The notes under the pieces are model-generated. The model searched no databases. It was not told the DNA's origin and saw only the letters and a program-made list of their open reading frames with translations. From the NCBI GenBank assembly GCA_003562845.1, contig PWTL01000087.1, positions 1,216 to 65,215 of the forward strand: a stretch of DNA of 64,000 bases. The letters are read 5' to 3'. The stretch comes from Candidatus Acetothermia bacterium. Its GTDB lineage: Bacteria; Bipolaricaulota; Bipolaricaulia; Bipolaricaulales; Bipolaricaulaceae. Below are positions 25,538-33,486 of the stretch, in pieces (the stretch's first letter is position 1; each line of letters opens with the position of its first letter). Both the position numbers and the translations under genes were made by a program.

Positions 25538-26991
25538 GCGCAAAGAGGATTGCCATCGACCCCATCACGCGCCTGGAGGGACACGGAAAGATCCTCCTGT
25601 ACTTGGACGAGCAAGGCGGCCTCCAGGATGCGGTCCTCCAAGTCCCCGAGCTGCGGGGCTTCGAAAGGTTCTGCGTGGGGCGTCGGGGAGAGGAGATGCC
25701 GCAGATCACCGAGCGTATCTGTGGGGTGTGCCCGGAGGCGCATCACCTAGCCTCGGCCAAGGCGCTGGACGACGCATTCGGTGCACAGGTGCCCCAAGCA
25801 GCGCGGGCGCAGCGGGAGCTGTTCTACAACACGTACATTTTCTCCGACCATCTGCTGCATCTGGTGTTCCTCGGGGGACCGGACCTTCTGCTGGACGAGG
25901 ACACGCCGAAAGAACAGCGCAACGTGTTGGGCGTACTGCAGGCCTATCCCGAGCTGGGAAAGCGAGTGGTGAAGGTCCGCGCGGGCGCGCAGAAGCTGCT
26001 GGAGCTGGTGGGAGGACGCCCCATCCATCCGGTATTCGCCCTGCCCGGCGGGGTGTCCCAGCCGTTGAGCGAGGAGAAGGTCGAGGAGATACAGGCGTAC
26101 ACCAAGGCCATGCAGGAGCTGGCCGTGGACATGATCTCTTTCTTCCATGAGGAGGTCCTTCCCGATCCCGGCCTGCAGGCACTCCTTCTCTCCCCTGAGG
26201 CCCGCCTCCCCGTGCACTTCATGGGGCTTGTAGACGAGGAGCTGGCGCCCAACTTCTACGACGGCAAGCTGCGGGTTGTCTCCTGCGATGGGGAGGAGCT
26301 GTTCCTGGGGGACCCCCGCCAGGGATTGTCCCTGTTCGAGGAGCACAGCGAGCCGTGGACCTACGTCAAGTTCCCGTACCTCAAGCAGTTCGGATGGGCC
26401 GGGCTCAGGGCAGGGTCGGAGTCTGGGCTGTATCAGGTTGGCCCCTTGGCCCGCCTCAACGTGGCCGAGAAAATGGCTACCCCGGCCGCTCAGGAGGAGT
26501 TCGAGCGCTTCTTCGACTACTTCGACGAGCGGCCGGTGCACGCCACGTTCGCCTATCACTGGGCACGCTTGGTGGAGATGGTCCAGGCCGCCGAGGCGGC
26601 CCACGCGCTCGCTTTCGACAAGAGCCTCACCGGGCGCGATGTGCGGGGGAAACTATCCGCTCCCGGGGAGGGGATCGGGGTAATCGAAGCCGCCCGGGGC
26701 ACGTTGTTTCACGAGTACAAGCTGGACGAACAGGGCCTGATGAAGCATGTGAACTTGGTAGTGGCCACCACGCACAACGCCGGACCGATCAGCATGTCGG
26801 TGAAGGCGATGGCCGAGGCTGCTGTGCGACAGGGGGACCTGGACGAGCGTTTGCTGAACAGAGTGGAAATGGCTTTCCGCGCTTACGATCCCTGCCTGGC
26901 TTGTGCCACTCATTTCCTGCCCGGGGAGCTCCCGCTTCAAGTGGAGGTGTACGGACCCGATGGGACTGTCCTGCGGCGCGTCCGGCGCTGA
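25534..26991 (+). CDS. mvhA: [NiFe] hydrogenase large subunit (Mvh/group 3-like)
   Basis: ITRLEGHG, N-terminal Ni ligands RICGVCPEAHH, C-terminal ligands DPCLACATH followed by a 25-aa cleavable tail. ATGA overlap with the small-subunit gene. Confidence 0.9.
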   Translation: MSAKRIAIDPITRLEGHGKILLYLDEQGGLQDAVLQVPELRGFERFCVGRRGEEMPQITERICGVCPEAHHLASAKALDDAFGAQVPQAARAQRELFYNTYIFSDHLLHLVFLGGPDLLLDEDTPKEQRNVLGVLQAYPELGKRVVKVRAGAQKLLELVGGRPIHPVFALPGGVSQPLSEEKVEEIQAYTKAMQELAVDMISFFHEEVLPDPGLQALLLSPEARLPVHFMGLVDEELAPNFYDGKLRVVSCDGEELFLGDPRQGLSLFEEHSEPWTYVKFPYLKQFGWAGLRAGSESGLYQVGPLARLNVAEKMATPAAQEEFERFFDYFDERPVHATFAYHWARLVEMVQAAEAAHALAFDKSLTGRDVRGKLSAPGEGIGVIEAARGTLFHEYKLDEQGLMKHVNLVVATTHNAGPISMSVKAMAEAAVRQGDLDERLLNRVEMAFRAYDPCLACATHFLPGELPLQVEVYGPDGTVLRRVRR

Positions 26992-26992
26992 C

Positions 26993-27580
26993 GTGGCGGT
27001 GGTAGGCATGGGCAATCCGTACTGCACGGACGACGGTGTCGGGGTCTCCGTAGTGCGGTCTTTGCCTCCCCGGGAGAACGTCGAGGTGTGGGAGACGGTG
27101 CAAGGGGGGGCGTATCTTGCGCAAACCTTGCTCGGGTATTCCCGCGTCCTCCTTGTGGACGCCGCTCCGTCCCTCCCTCCGGGAGAAGTTCGCCTGCAGC
27201 CCCTGTCCGCGTGGGAGGCCCTCGGTGGGGAGAGGAGAGGTGCCCACGGGCTGAGCCTGACGCAGGCTTTGGAGATGTTGCGGGCCCTGTCCGGCGGGGA
27301 CACCTCGGATGCAGGGTGCGACGTTGCCCTGGGTGATCAGCGTCGCACACAAGGTGCGACGCTACACCAGCCTGAGCGTAGCGTCGGAGCTTGTCTCCGA
27401 CGTGGTGAAGCGTCGCAGACGAGCTGCGACGCTACGGATGTGGGGTTGAAGGTCCCCGAGGTGTGGGCATTGGCCATTGGGGTTCCCCCGGATCCGCCAT
27501 TCGGCGAAGGGCTATCGCCCCGGGTTGCGGCGGCCGTGCCGGCTGCCGTGGAGGAGGTGAGGGGATGGCTGACCAGGTGA
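26993..27580 (+). CDS. Hydrogenase maturation endopeptidase (HycI/FrhD/HoxW family) carrying a ~41-codon insertion
   Basis: GTG at 26993, 1 nt after the mvhA stop. VAVVGMGNPYCTDDGVGV and VLLVDA are protease motifs. The C-terminal part (PEVWALAIGV...GLSPRV) is separated from LEMLRALSGG by a segment encoded by palindromic repeats. Confidence 0.75.
   Translation: MAVVGMGNPYCTDDGVGVSVVRSLPPRENVEVWETVQGGAYLAQTLLGYSRVLLVDAAPSLPPGEVRLQPLSAWEALGGERRGAHGLSLTQALEMLRALSGGDTSDAGCDVALGDQRRTQGATLHQPERSVGACLRRGEASQTSCDATDVGLKVPEVWALAIGVPPDPPFGEGLSPRVAAAVPAAVEEVRGWLTR
27316..27437. repeat. Intragenic cluster of four REP-like palindromic units
   Basis: Four hairpins: GTGCGACG/CGTCGCAC (27316-23 / 27341-48), CGACGCTAC/GTAGCGTCG (27357-65 / 27378-86), CGTCGGAG-cttgt-CTCCGACG (27382-27402) and GCGTCGCAG-acgag-CTGCGACGC (27410-27432), followed by TACGG. 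The same stems recur at 56917-57046. Confidence 0.65.
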
Positions 27581-27966
27581 GATTGTCAAAGGTTGCGCTG
27601 TCGGCGGACTTCGCCCGGCGGGTGGAAGAGCTGTCGGGGCAGTCCCCTTACCGCTGCTATCAATGTGGTAAGTGTGGGGCGGGGTGCCCCTTCGCCGAGT
27701 ACATGGATCTTCTGCCCAGCCAGGTGCTGCGCCTTGTGCAGATTGGAGATGAGAGGGTATTGGACGCCGGCGCTCCGTGGAGCTGCGCCTCGTGTCTCGC
27801 CTGCGAGGTGCGTTGTCCGCGCGGCGTGGACATCGCCAAGGTGATGGAGGCGGTGCGGCTCCTGTCGCTGCGCAAGGGGAGAACGCCGTTCGCAGTGGAC
27901 GAGGCGGCGTCCCGCAGGTTGCCGCAGATTGCCCTTGTGGGGATCACCAGGAAGATGACACCATGA
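27565..27966 (+). CDS. hdrC: Heterodisulfide reductase subunit C-like 4Fe-4S protein
   Basis: ATG at 27565. Two cluster motifs, CYQCGKCGAGCP and CASCLACEVRCP. 133 aa, overlapping the protease end by 16 nt. Confidence 0.8.
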   Translation: MADQVRLSKVALSADFARRVEELSGQSPYRCYQCGKCGAGCPFAEYMDLLPSQVLRLVQIGDERVLDAGAPWSCASCLACEVRCPRGVDIAKVMEAVRLLSLRKGRTPFAVDEAASRRLPQIALVGITRKMTP

Positions 27967-28841
27967 ACACCATTTTGTACTACCCGGGGTGCGGAGTAGC
28001 CGATCAGGCCCGCAGTATGGAGAAAGGTGCACGCGAGGCCCTTACGGCCTTGGATTGGGAGATGCAGGAGATGTCACGTTGGAATTGTTGCGGGACTGTC
28101 TACTCATTGGCTACAGACGACCTGATGCGTCACGTGGGCCCGGCACGAGTGCTTGCCCGAGCCCAAGACGCGGGCCAGGAGAGGCTGCTCACTCTTTGTT
28201 CTATGTGCTACAGCACCCTGAAGCGCTCCGAGCAGTTTCTAACAGCTGACCGGGAGCGCTTGGACAGGGTGAACGCTTTTCTCGACGACGAACCTGACTA
28301 CCGGGGAGGATTGCGCGTCGTGCACCTGCTGGAGCTTCTGCGGGATGAGATTGGCTACGAGGCCGTGCAAGAGCGGGTGGTGCGCCCTCTACAGGGGCTG
28401 AAGGTGGCTCCGTATTATGGCTGTACGTTGACCAGGCCCCGCGCAGCAGGAGTGGACGACCCCGAGCGGCCGACGGTGTTGGAGGATCTGCTGACGGCGC
28501 TGGGGGCGGAAGCGGTGGCCACCGCGGAGCGCGTGGAGTGCTGTGGAGCATACCTGACGGCTAGCTCCCCCGATGTTGCCCGCCGTCGAGCTGTGGACAT
28601 CGCGCGGGCGGCAATCGCCGGTGGTGCGGAGTTGATGATAACTAGCTGCCCCCTGTGCCAGTACAACTTGGACACGCGCCTGGCGGAGGCGCGAGGCTCC
28701 AGCGATCTGCGTGTTCCCAGTGTGTACTTCACGCAGCTTCTTGCGCTTGCGCTGGGGGGCGATCCCGCTGTAGAGGAACACGAGATAGATCCCTTGCCGG
28801 TGCTGGCGGCTCGGGGCCTGTCGGTGGAGGTGAAAGCATGA
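27963..28841 (+). CDS. hdrB: Heterodisulfide reductase subunit B-like protein (two CCG domains)
   Basis: ATGA overlap with hdrC. Two CCG-domain signatures: YYPGCG...WNCCGT...CSMCY and YYGCT...VECCGA...CPLCQ. 292 aa. Confidence 0.85.
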   Translation: MNTILYYPGCGVADQARSMEKGAREALTALDWEMQEMSRWNCCGTVYSLATDDLMRHVGPARVLARAQDAGQERLLTLCSMCYSTLKRSEQFLTADRERLDRVNAFLDDEPDYRGGLRVVHLLELLRDEIGYEAVQERVVRPLQGLKVAPYYGCTLTRPRAAGVDDPERPTVLEDLLTALGAEAVATAERVECCGAYLTASSPDVARRRAVDIARAAIAGGAELMITSCPLCQYNLDTRLAEARGSSDLRVPSVYFTQLLALALGGDPAVEEHEIDPLPVLAARGLSVEVKA

Positions 28842-29521
28842 GCGCCGAGCTAGAGATGATCCGTGTATACATAATGGGACGGGCCTATGAGGTTCCCGCC
28901 GGCCTGACGATCATGAAGGCCATGGAGTACGCGGGGTACCGGCTTGTGCGGGGGGTGGGCTGTCGGGGAGGCTTCTGTGGCGCCTGCGCGACAGTGTTCC
29001 GCCGGCCTGGCGATTACAAGCTGTACGCAGACCTTGCCTGCCAGACCACGGCCGAGGACGAGATGTACATCGCCCAGATTCCGTCGGTGCCTGCCGAGAG
29101 GGCACCGTGGAAGCTATCAGAGTTGGAGCCGGAGGAGAATTTCATTCTAGCTCTGTACCCCGAGGTGGCGCGTTGTGTGGCCTGCAACACCTGCAGCCGG
29201 GCCTGCCCCCAGGAACTCGAGGTGATGGACTACATCCAAGCCGCGCTGCGAGGCGATATCGCGCAGGTGGCTGAGCTTTCCTTTGACTGTGTGCAGTGTG
29301 GGTTGTGTGCGATGCGCTGCCCGGCGGAGATCGTGCACTACCACGTGGGACAGTTGGCGCGGAGAGTGTACGGGGCCTATCGGGCGCCTCAGGCTGGGCA
29401 CCTGGCGGCCAGGGTGGAAGAGATCGAAAGCGGCACCTTCGACCAGGAGCTGGACACGCTCCAGCAGATGTCGAGAGACGAGCTGGTGGAGGCTTACCGC
29501 AAGCGCGACGTGGAGAAATAG
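28838..29521 (+). CDS. Succinate dehydrogenase/fumarate reductase iron-sulfur subunit-like protein
   Basis: ATGA overlap with hdrB. N-terminal 2Fe-2S-type motif GCRGGFCGACATV...LAC, then CVACNTCSRACP and CVQCGLCAMRCP. 227 aa. Confidence 0.7.
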   Translation: MSAELEMIRVYIMGRAYEVPAGLTIMKAMEYAGYRLVRGVGCRGGFCGACATVFRRPGDYKLYADLACQTTAEDEMYIAQIPSVPAERAPWKLSELEPEENFILALYPEVARCVACNTCSRACPQELEVMDYIQAALRGDIAQVAELSFDCVQCGLCAMRCPAEIVHYHVGQLARRVYGAYRAPQAGHLAARVEEIESGTFDQELDTLQQMSRDELVEAYRKRDVEK

Positions 29522-29530
29522 GAGGCGAAG

Positions 29531-31189
29531 GTGGCAGACGCATATCCCAGCAGCATGCGGGAGTCCATCGGGCGGGTGGAGGCCACCCGGCCGCAGCGGA
29601 TGGGAGTGGAGCCCCAGCGCCTCTCTTTGGAGGAGCGGAGGGAAGTCCTGGATCAGTTCCACCCCGACTACAAGGAAGAGGGCAAGAGGGCGTTGGCGGT
29701 AGGTCCTTCCAAAGGGGAGTTGGTGCCCCACGAGATGGCGGACCTCCTGGAAGCGTATCCTCTGATCGACCCGGATAGGGTGGACCTGGGGCAGGCCGAC
29801 TACGAGGTCGACGTGCTCGTAATCGGCGGCGGCGGCGGGGGGACTGTTGCTGCGCTGTGGGCAAATGAAGCGGGGATCCCCGCGGGGCGGATCTTGATTG
29901 CTACCAAGTTGAGGCATGGCGATTCCAACTCCATGATGGCCCAGGGGGGGATCCAGGCGGCAGACAAGGAGAACGATAGTCCTCCCATTCACTACCTGGA
30001 CGTGCAGGGAGGGGGGCACTTCGGAAACGATCCGGAACTCGTGCGGGCGCTGGTCAGCGACGCTCCGGAGGTCCTCCGCTGGCATGAGAAGCTGGGAGTG
30101 ATGTACGATAAGGACCCCGAGGGCCGTATGCTGACCATTCACGGCGGGGGCACGTCCCGCAAGCGGATGCACTCGGCCAAGGACTACACGGGGATGGAGA
30201 TCATGCGCGTCCTGCGGGACGAGGCTCTGGGGCGGGGGATACCCACCGTCGAGTTCTCCCCGGTTGTAGAGCTGATCAGTGACGACAAAGGACAAGTCGT
30301 CGGGGCCGTGCTGTGGAACATGGAGACGGAGGAGTACAGCGTGGTGCGGGCCAAGGCGACTGTTCTGGCCACCGGCGGTTGGGGGAGACTGCACATTCAG
30401 GGGTTCCCCACCTCCAACCACTACGGAGCCACCGCAGACGGCCTGGTGTTGGCCTATCGAGCGGGCGCGGGGTTGCGGGACCTGGACTCGGTGCAGTACC
30501 ACCCCACTGGCGCGGCGTTCCCCGAGCAGATCGTGGGGCTGCTCATCACGGAGAAAGTGCGGGGCATGGGCGCGCAGCCGGTGAATGTGGAAGGGGAGCT
30601 CTTCGTGCACCCGCTTGAGCCGCGTGATGTGGAGTCGGGGGCGTTCATCCGCGAGTGCTCCTCGCCCGAGCAAGGGGGCCGGGGACGCGGTGTCGTCACG
30701 CCCACGGGGATGATCGGGATCTGGCTGGACACGCCGATGGTCGATCTGATCCACGGACAGGGAACGTTCAACCGGGAGCTGTCCGCGATCTGGCGAATGT
30801 ACGCTCGGTTCGACATCGACCCGTCTGCGGACCCGGTGCTAACCTATCCCACGCTGCACTACCAGAACGGCGGGGTAGTCATAGACGCAGATGGGGCAAC
30901 GCAGGTGCCGGGTCTGTTCGCCGGCGGGGAAGTCTCTGGAGGGATTCACGGGAAGAACCGGCTGATGGGGAACTCCCTTCTAGACTTCAACGTGTTCGGC
31001 CGGCGCGCCGGGATAGCCGCAGCCAAGTGGGCCCAGCGATCCAAGCCGGGGAAGCCCACCCTCGAACACGCCTTGCGGTATACCCAGGATCTGCAGGCGG
31101 CGGGAGTGGAAGAGGTGCGCAAGGCTCCCTCGCTGCTCCCCGAATATAGGGGGAAGAAGACCCTTGCCCGGGTGGTGGACTTGATATGA
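29531..31189 (+). CDS. Fumarate reductase/succinate dehydrogenase-family flavoprotein (soluble, non-covalent-FAD type)
   Basis: GTG lies 6 nt after AGGAGG. FAD fold VDVLVIGGGGGGTVAAL, then VQYHPTG, LITEKVRGMGA, HYQNGGV and GKNRLMGNSLLDFNVFGRRAG. DSNSMMAQGG occupies the site of the SdhA/FrdA RSHTVxAQGG motif, so the FAD-linking His is Asn. About 90 aa of N-terminal extension precede the FAD fold. Confidence 0.75.
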   Translation: MADAYPSSMRESIGRVEATRPQRMGVEPQRLSLEERREVLDQFHPDYKEEGKRALAVGPSKGELVPHEMADLLEAYPLIDPDRVDLGQADYEVDVLVIGGGGGGTVAALWANEAGIPAGRILIATKLRHGDSNSMMAQGGIQAADKENDSPPIHYLDVQGGGHFGNDPELVRALVSDAPEVLRWHEKLGVMYDKDPEGRMLTIHGGGTSRKRMHSAKDYTGMEIMRVLRDEALGRGIPTVEFSPVVELISDDKGQVVGAVLWNMETEEYSVVRAKATVLATGGWGRLHIQGFPTSNHYGATADGLVLAYRAGAGLRDLDSVQYHPTGAAFPEQIVGLLITEKVRGMGAQPVNVEGELFVHPLEPRDVESGAFIRECSSPEQGGRGRGVVTPTGMIGIWLDTPMVDLIHGQGTFNRELSAIWRMYARFDIDPSADPVLTYPTLHYQNGGVVIDADGATQVPGLFAGGEVSGGIHGKNRLMGNSLLDFNVFGRRAGIAAAKWAQRSKPGKPTLEHALRYTQDLQAAGVEEVRKAPSLLPEYRGKKTLARVVDLI

Positions 31190-31482
31190 CCGCGCACAGG
31201 ACACGCGAGATCAAGCGGTGGAAGGTGCCCAAAGGGCGGGTTTGTGTGCAGGATGATCTGTGCAAGGGCTGTGGCTTCTGCATCGATTTCTGCCCCAAAG
31301 ACGTGCTTTCCGCCGCCAGCCACTACAACGTCAAGGGGTACCACCCCCCGGAGCTCGTGGACCCCGAGGAGTGCATCATGTGCCGCTTCTGCGAGCTGAT
31401 CTGTCCGGACTTCGCTATCTGGACCGAGCAGCCCGACCAAGAAGGACAGGAACAAGAGGAGGAGGATCAGGATGCCGGGTAA
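31186..31482 (+). CDS. korD: 2-oxoacid:ferredoxin oxidoreductase delta (ferredoxin-like) subunit
   Basis: CKGCGFCIDFCP and CIMCRFCELICP; acidic C-terminal tail. ATGA overlap with the flavoprotein gene. Confidence 0.75.
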   Translation: MTAHRTREIKRWKVPKGRVCVQDDLCKGCGFCIDFCPKDVLSAASHYNVKGYHPPELVDPEECIMCRFCELICPDFAIWTEQPDQEGQEQEEEDQDAG

Positions 31483-32614
31483 GGCAGTGCTGTCCGGCGT
31501 GCATTTCATGAACGGGGACGAGGCCATCGCCGAAGGGGCTCTGGCTGCCGGCTGCCGTTTCTTCGCCGCCTACCCGATCACCCCGCAGTCGGAGATCGCC
31601 GAGCGACTGGCCGCGCGCCTGCCGCGTATCGGCGGTGTGTTCATACAGATGGAGGATGAGCTGGCGGCTATGGCCGCCGTGGTCGGGGCGGCGTGGGGGG
31701 GAGACAAGGCGATGACGGCCACCTCCGGCCCCGGCTTCTCCCTGATGATGGAGAATCTGGGACTGGCTGTTATGACTGAGACACCGTGCGTAGTGGCCAA
31801 CGTACAGCGGGCGGGCCCGTCTACCGGACTCCCCACGGCCGTGGGCCAGGGGGACATGATGCAGGCTCGCTGGGGGTCTCATGGGCACTATGAACTCATC
31901 GCCCTCTGCCCGTACTCCCCGCAGGAGGCGTTCGACCTCACGGTGCGCGCCTTCGCCCTGGCCGAGAGGTTTCGCAGCCCCGTGCTCATCATGACCGACG
32001 AAGTGGTGGGGCACATGTACGAGAAGGTGGAGATACCCGCTGAGGTGGTGGAAGCTCGTCGGCGTACTCCGCAGGTTCCCCCGGAGGGATTCCTTCCGTA
32101 CAAACCCGATGAGGATTTGGTGCCCCCTATGGCCTGCGCCGGCGAAGGGTACCGCATTCACGTCACCGGGCTGACCCACGACGAACGCGGCTACCCGGAC
32201 ATGTCCGCCGACGCACAAGACAGGCTCGTGCGTCGGCTGTGTGAGAAGATAAAGCGCTACCCTGATGAGTACACACTTTGGGAAGAGCACTCCCTGGAAG
32301 ACGCGGACGTGGCAGTGATCTCCTACGGCATCTCCGCGCGGGTGGCGTTGGGAGCCGTGGAGCTGGCCCGCAAGAAGGGGATCAAGGCCGGACTGCTCAG
32401 GCTCATCACCACGTGGCCGTTCCCGAATGAGGTCGTGCGCTCGCTCGCTGAGCGAGTGCAGGGGATGGTGACCGTGGAGATAAACCTCGGCCAGATGTCG
32501 CGTGAGGTGGAACGCGCTGTGCAGGGCAAAGTCCCCCTGGGAGGAGTGTATCATGCCGGGGGGCGCATACACCGGCCCGAAGAAGTGTTGGCTGGGATAG
32601 AGGAAGTGATTTGA
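31472..32614 (+). CDS. korA: 2-oxoglutarate/2-oxoacid:ferredoxin oxidoreductase alpha subunit
   Basis: NGDEAIAEGALAAGCRFFAAYPITPQSEI, FIQMEDELAA (Kor-type rather than the Por ESEHSA motif), TATSGPGFSLM and RAGPSTGLPT. Confidence 0.85.
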   Translation: MPGKAVLSGVHFMNGDEAIAEGALAAGCRFFAAYPITPQSEIAERLAARLPRIGGVFIQMEDELAAMAAVVGAAWGGDKAMTATSGPGFSLMMENLGLAVMTETPCVVANVQRAGPSTGLPTAVGQGDMMQARWGSHGHYELIALCPYSPQEAFDLTVRAFALAERFRSPVLIMTDEVVGHMYEKVEIPAEVVEARRRTPQVPPEGFLPYKPDEDLVPPMACAGEGYRIHVTGLTHDERGYPDMSADAQDRLVRRLCEKIKRYPDEYTLWEEHSLEDADVAVISYGISARVALGAVELARKKGIKAGLLRLITTWPFPNEVVRSLAERVQGMVTVEINLGQMSREVERAVQGKVPLGGVYHAGGRIHRPEEVLAGIEEVI

Positions 32615-33486
32615 TGCCGGTAAAGGAGAAGAAGCAGGCTCCACCTCCTGAAATCGCTCAGGGTCGGCACCCCATGGAGAAGTACCTGCGGACCGACCGC
32701 ATCCCCCACATCTGGTGTGCGGGATGTGGCCTGGGGACGACCGTGTCCAGTTTTCTCTACGCGATGGACAATCTGGGGTTGGATCCCGATTCCGTTGCAG
32801 TTATCTCTGGGATCGGCTGCACGGGCCGAGTGGCGGGCTACGTCCGCATGGATTCGTACCATACGACACACGGCCGGCCGATCCCGTTCGCCACGGGGCT
32901 GAAGCTGGCCAAACCCGATATGAAGGCAGTGGTGTTCTCCGGCGACGGGGACCTGTTTGCCATCGGTGGGAACCACTTCATCCACGCTGCGCGGCGCAAC
33001 CTGGACATCAACGTAATTTGCGTGAACAACCTGAACTACGGGATGACGGGAGGACAGGCGGGGCCGACCACTCCGCTTGGTGGTCGCTGCACCACCTCCC
33101 CGTACGGAAACTTCGAGCACCCGTTCAACCTCGTATACCTCGCCGCCTCGGCCGGCGCCCCGTACGTAGCCCGCTGGACGAGCCTGGATGTACGGAGACT
33201 ACAGCGAGCCATCGAGGAGATGCTGGTCCGTAAAGGGTTCGCCTTCCTGGAGATCATCGCCCCCTGCCCCACGAACTACGGGCGGCGCAACAAGCTCGGC
33301 GAGGGCCTCGACGAACTGCGCTACTACGCGGAGCACGCCGTGATCGAACACGGCGCCGATCCTGCGGACACGGAAATCCTCCCCGGGAAAGACTTCCTCG
33401 TGGGCAAGTTCGTCGACGAGGAGGAACCGACCTACTGGGAGATGTACCAGGACAAGGTGGCGGAATTGGAAGGGGGCAGACGGTGA
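32611..33486 (+). CDS. korB: 2-oxoglutarate/2-oxoacid:ferredoxin oxidoreductase beta (TPP-binding) subunit
   Basis: WCAGCGLG, GIGCTGR and the TPP motif GDGDLFAIGGNHFIHAARRNLDINVICVNNLNYGMTGGQ. ATGA overlap with korA. Confidence 0.85.
   Translation: MMPVKEKKQAPPPEIAQGRHPMEKYLRTDRIPHIWCAGCGLGTTVSSFLYAMDNLGLDPDSVAVISGIGCTGRVAGYVRMDSYHTTHGRPIPFATGLKLAKPDMKAVVFSGDGDLFAIGGNHFIHAARRNLDINVICVNNLNYGMTGGQAGPTTPLGGRCTTSPYGNFEHPFNLVYLAASAGAPYVARWTSLDVRRLQRAIEEMLVRKGFAFLEIIAPCPTNYGRRNKLGEGLDELRYYAEHAVIEHGADPADTEILPGKDFLVGKFVDEEEPTYWEMYQDKVAELEGGRR

Noticed and set aside
22137-26991. Selenocysteine (in-frame TGA) in HdrA or the hydrogenase large subunit, as occurs in some methanogens.
   Set aside because: Both ORFs are uninterrupted, and Cys is encoded at the expected cluster and Ni-ligand positions.
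27316-27437. CRISPR array as an explanation for the repeated GCGACG-containing units here and at 56917-57046.
   Set aside because: The units are short palindromes of differing sequence with irregular spacing, there are no unique spacers of constant length and no cas genes, and one cluster lies inside an open reading frame.
27777-27962. Long N-terminal extensions suggested by the ORF track for hdrB, and likewise for hdrA (22092), mvhA (25501), hdrC (27463), frdB-like (28655), GGR (39825), thrS (10920), HEPN (4076) and the secreted protein (61427).
   Set aside because: The extensions overlap the preceding gene in another frame and are non-homologous, Arg/Gly-rich sequence. Internal starts with an RBS or ATGA/GTGA coupling fit the family N-termini.
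29147-30754. 535-aa ORF antisense to the FrdA-like gene. Similar long antisense ORFs occur at 8695-10251, 31415-32644, 34886-36334, 17287-18279 and 62657-63814.
   Set aside because: They are Arg/Pro/Gly/His-rich low-complexity translations with no motifs, each lying opposite a gene with many family signatures. These are typical shadow ORFs of GC-rich DNA.
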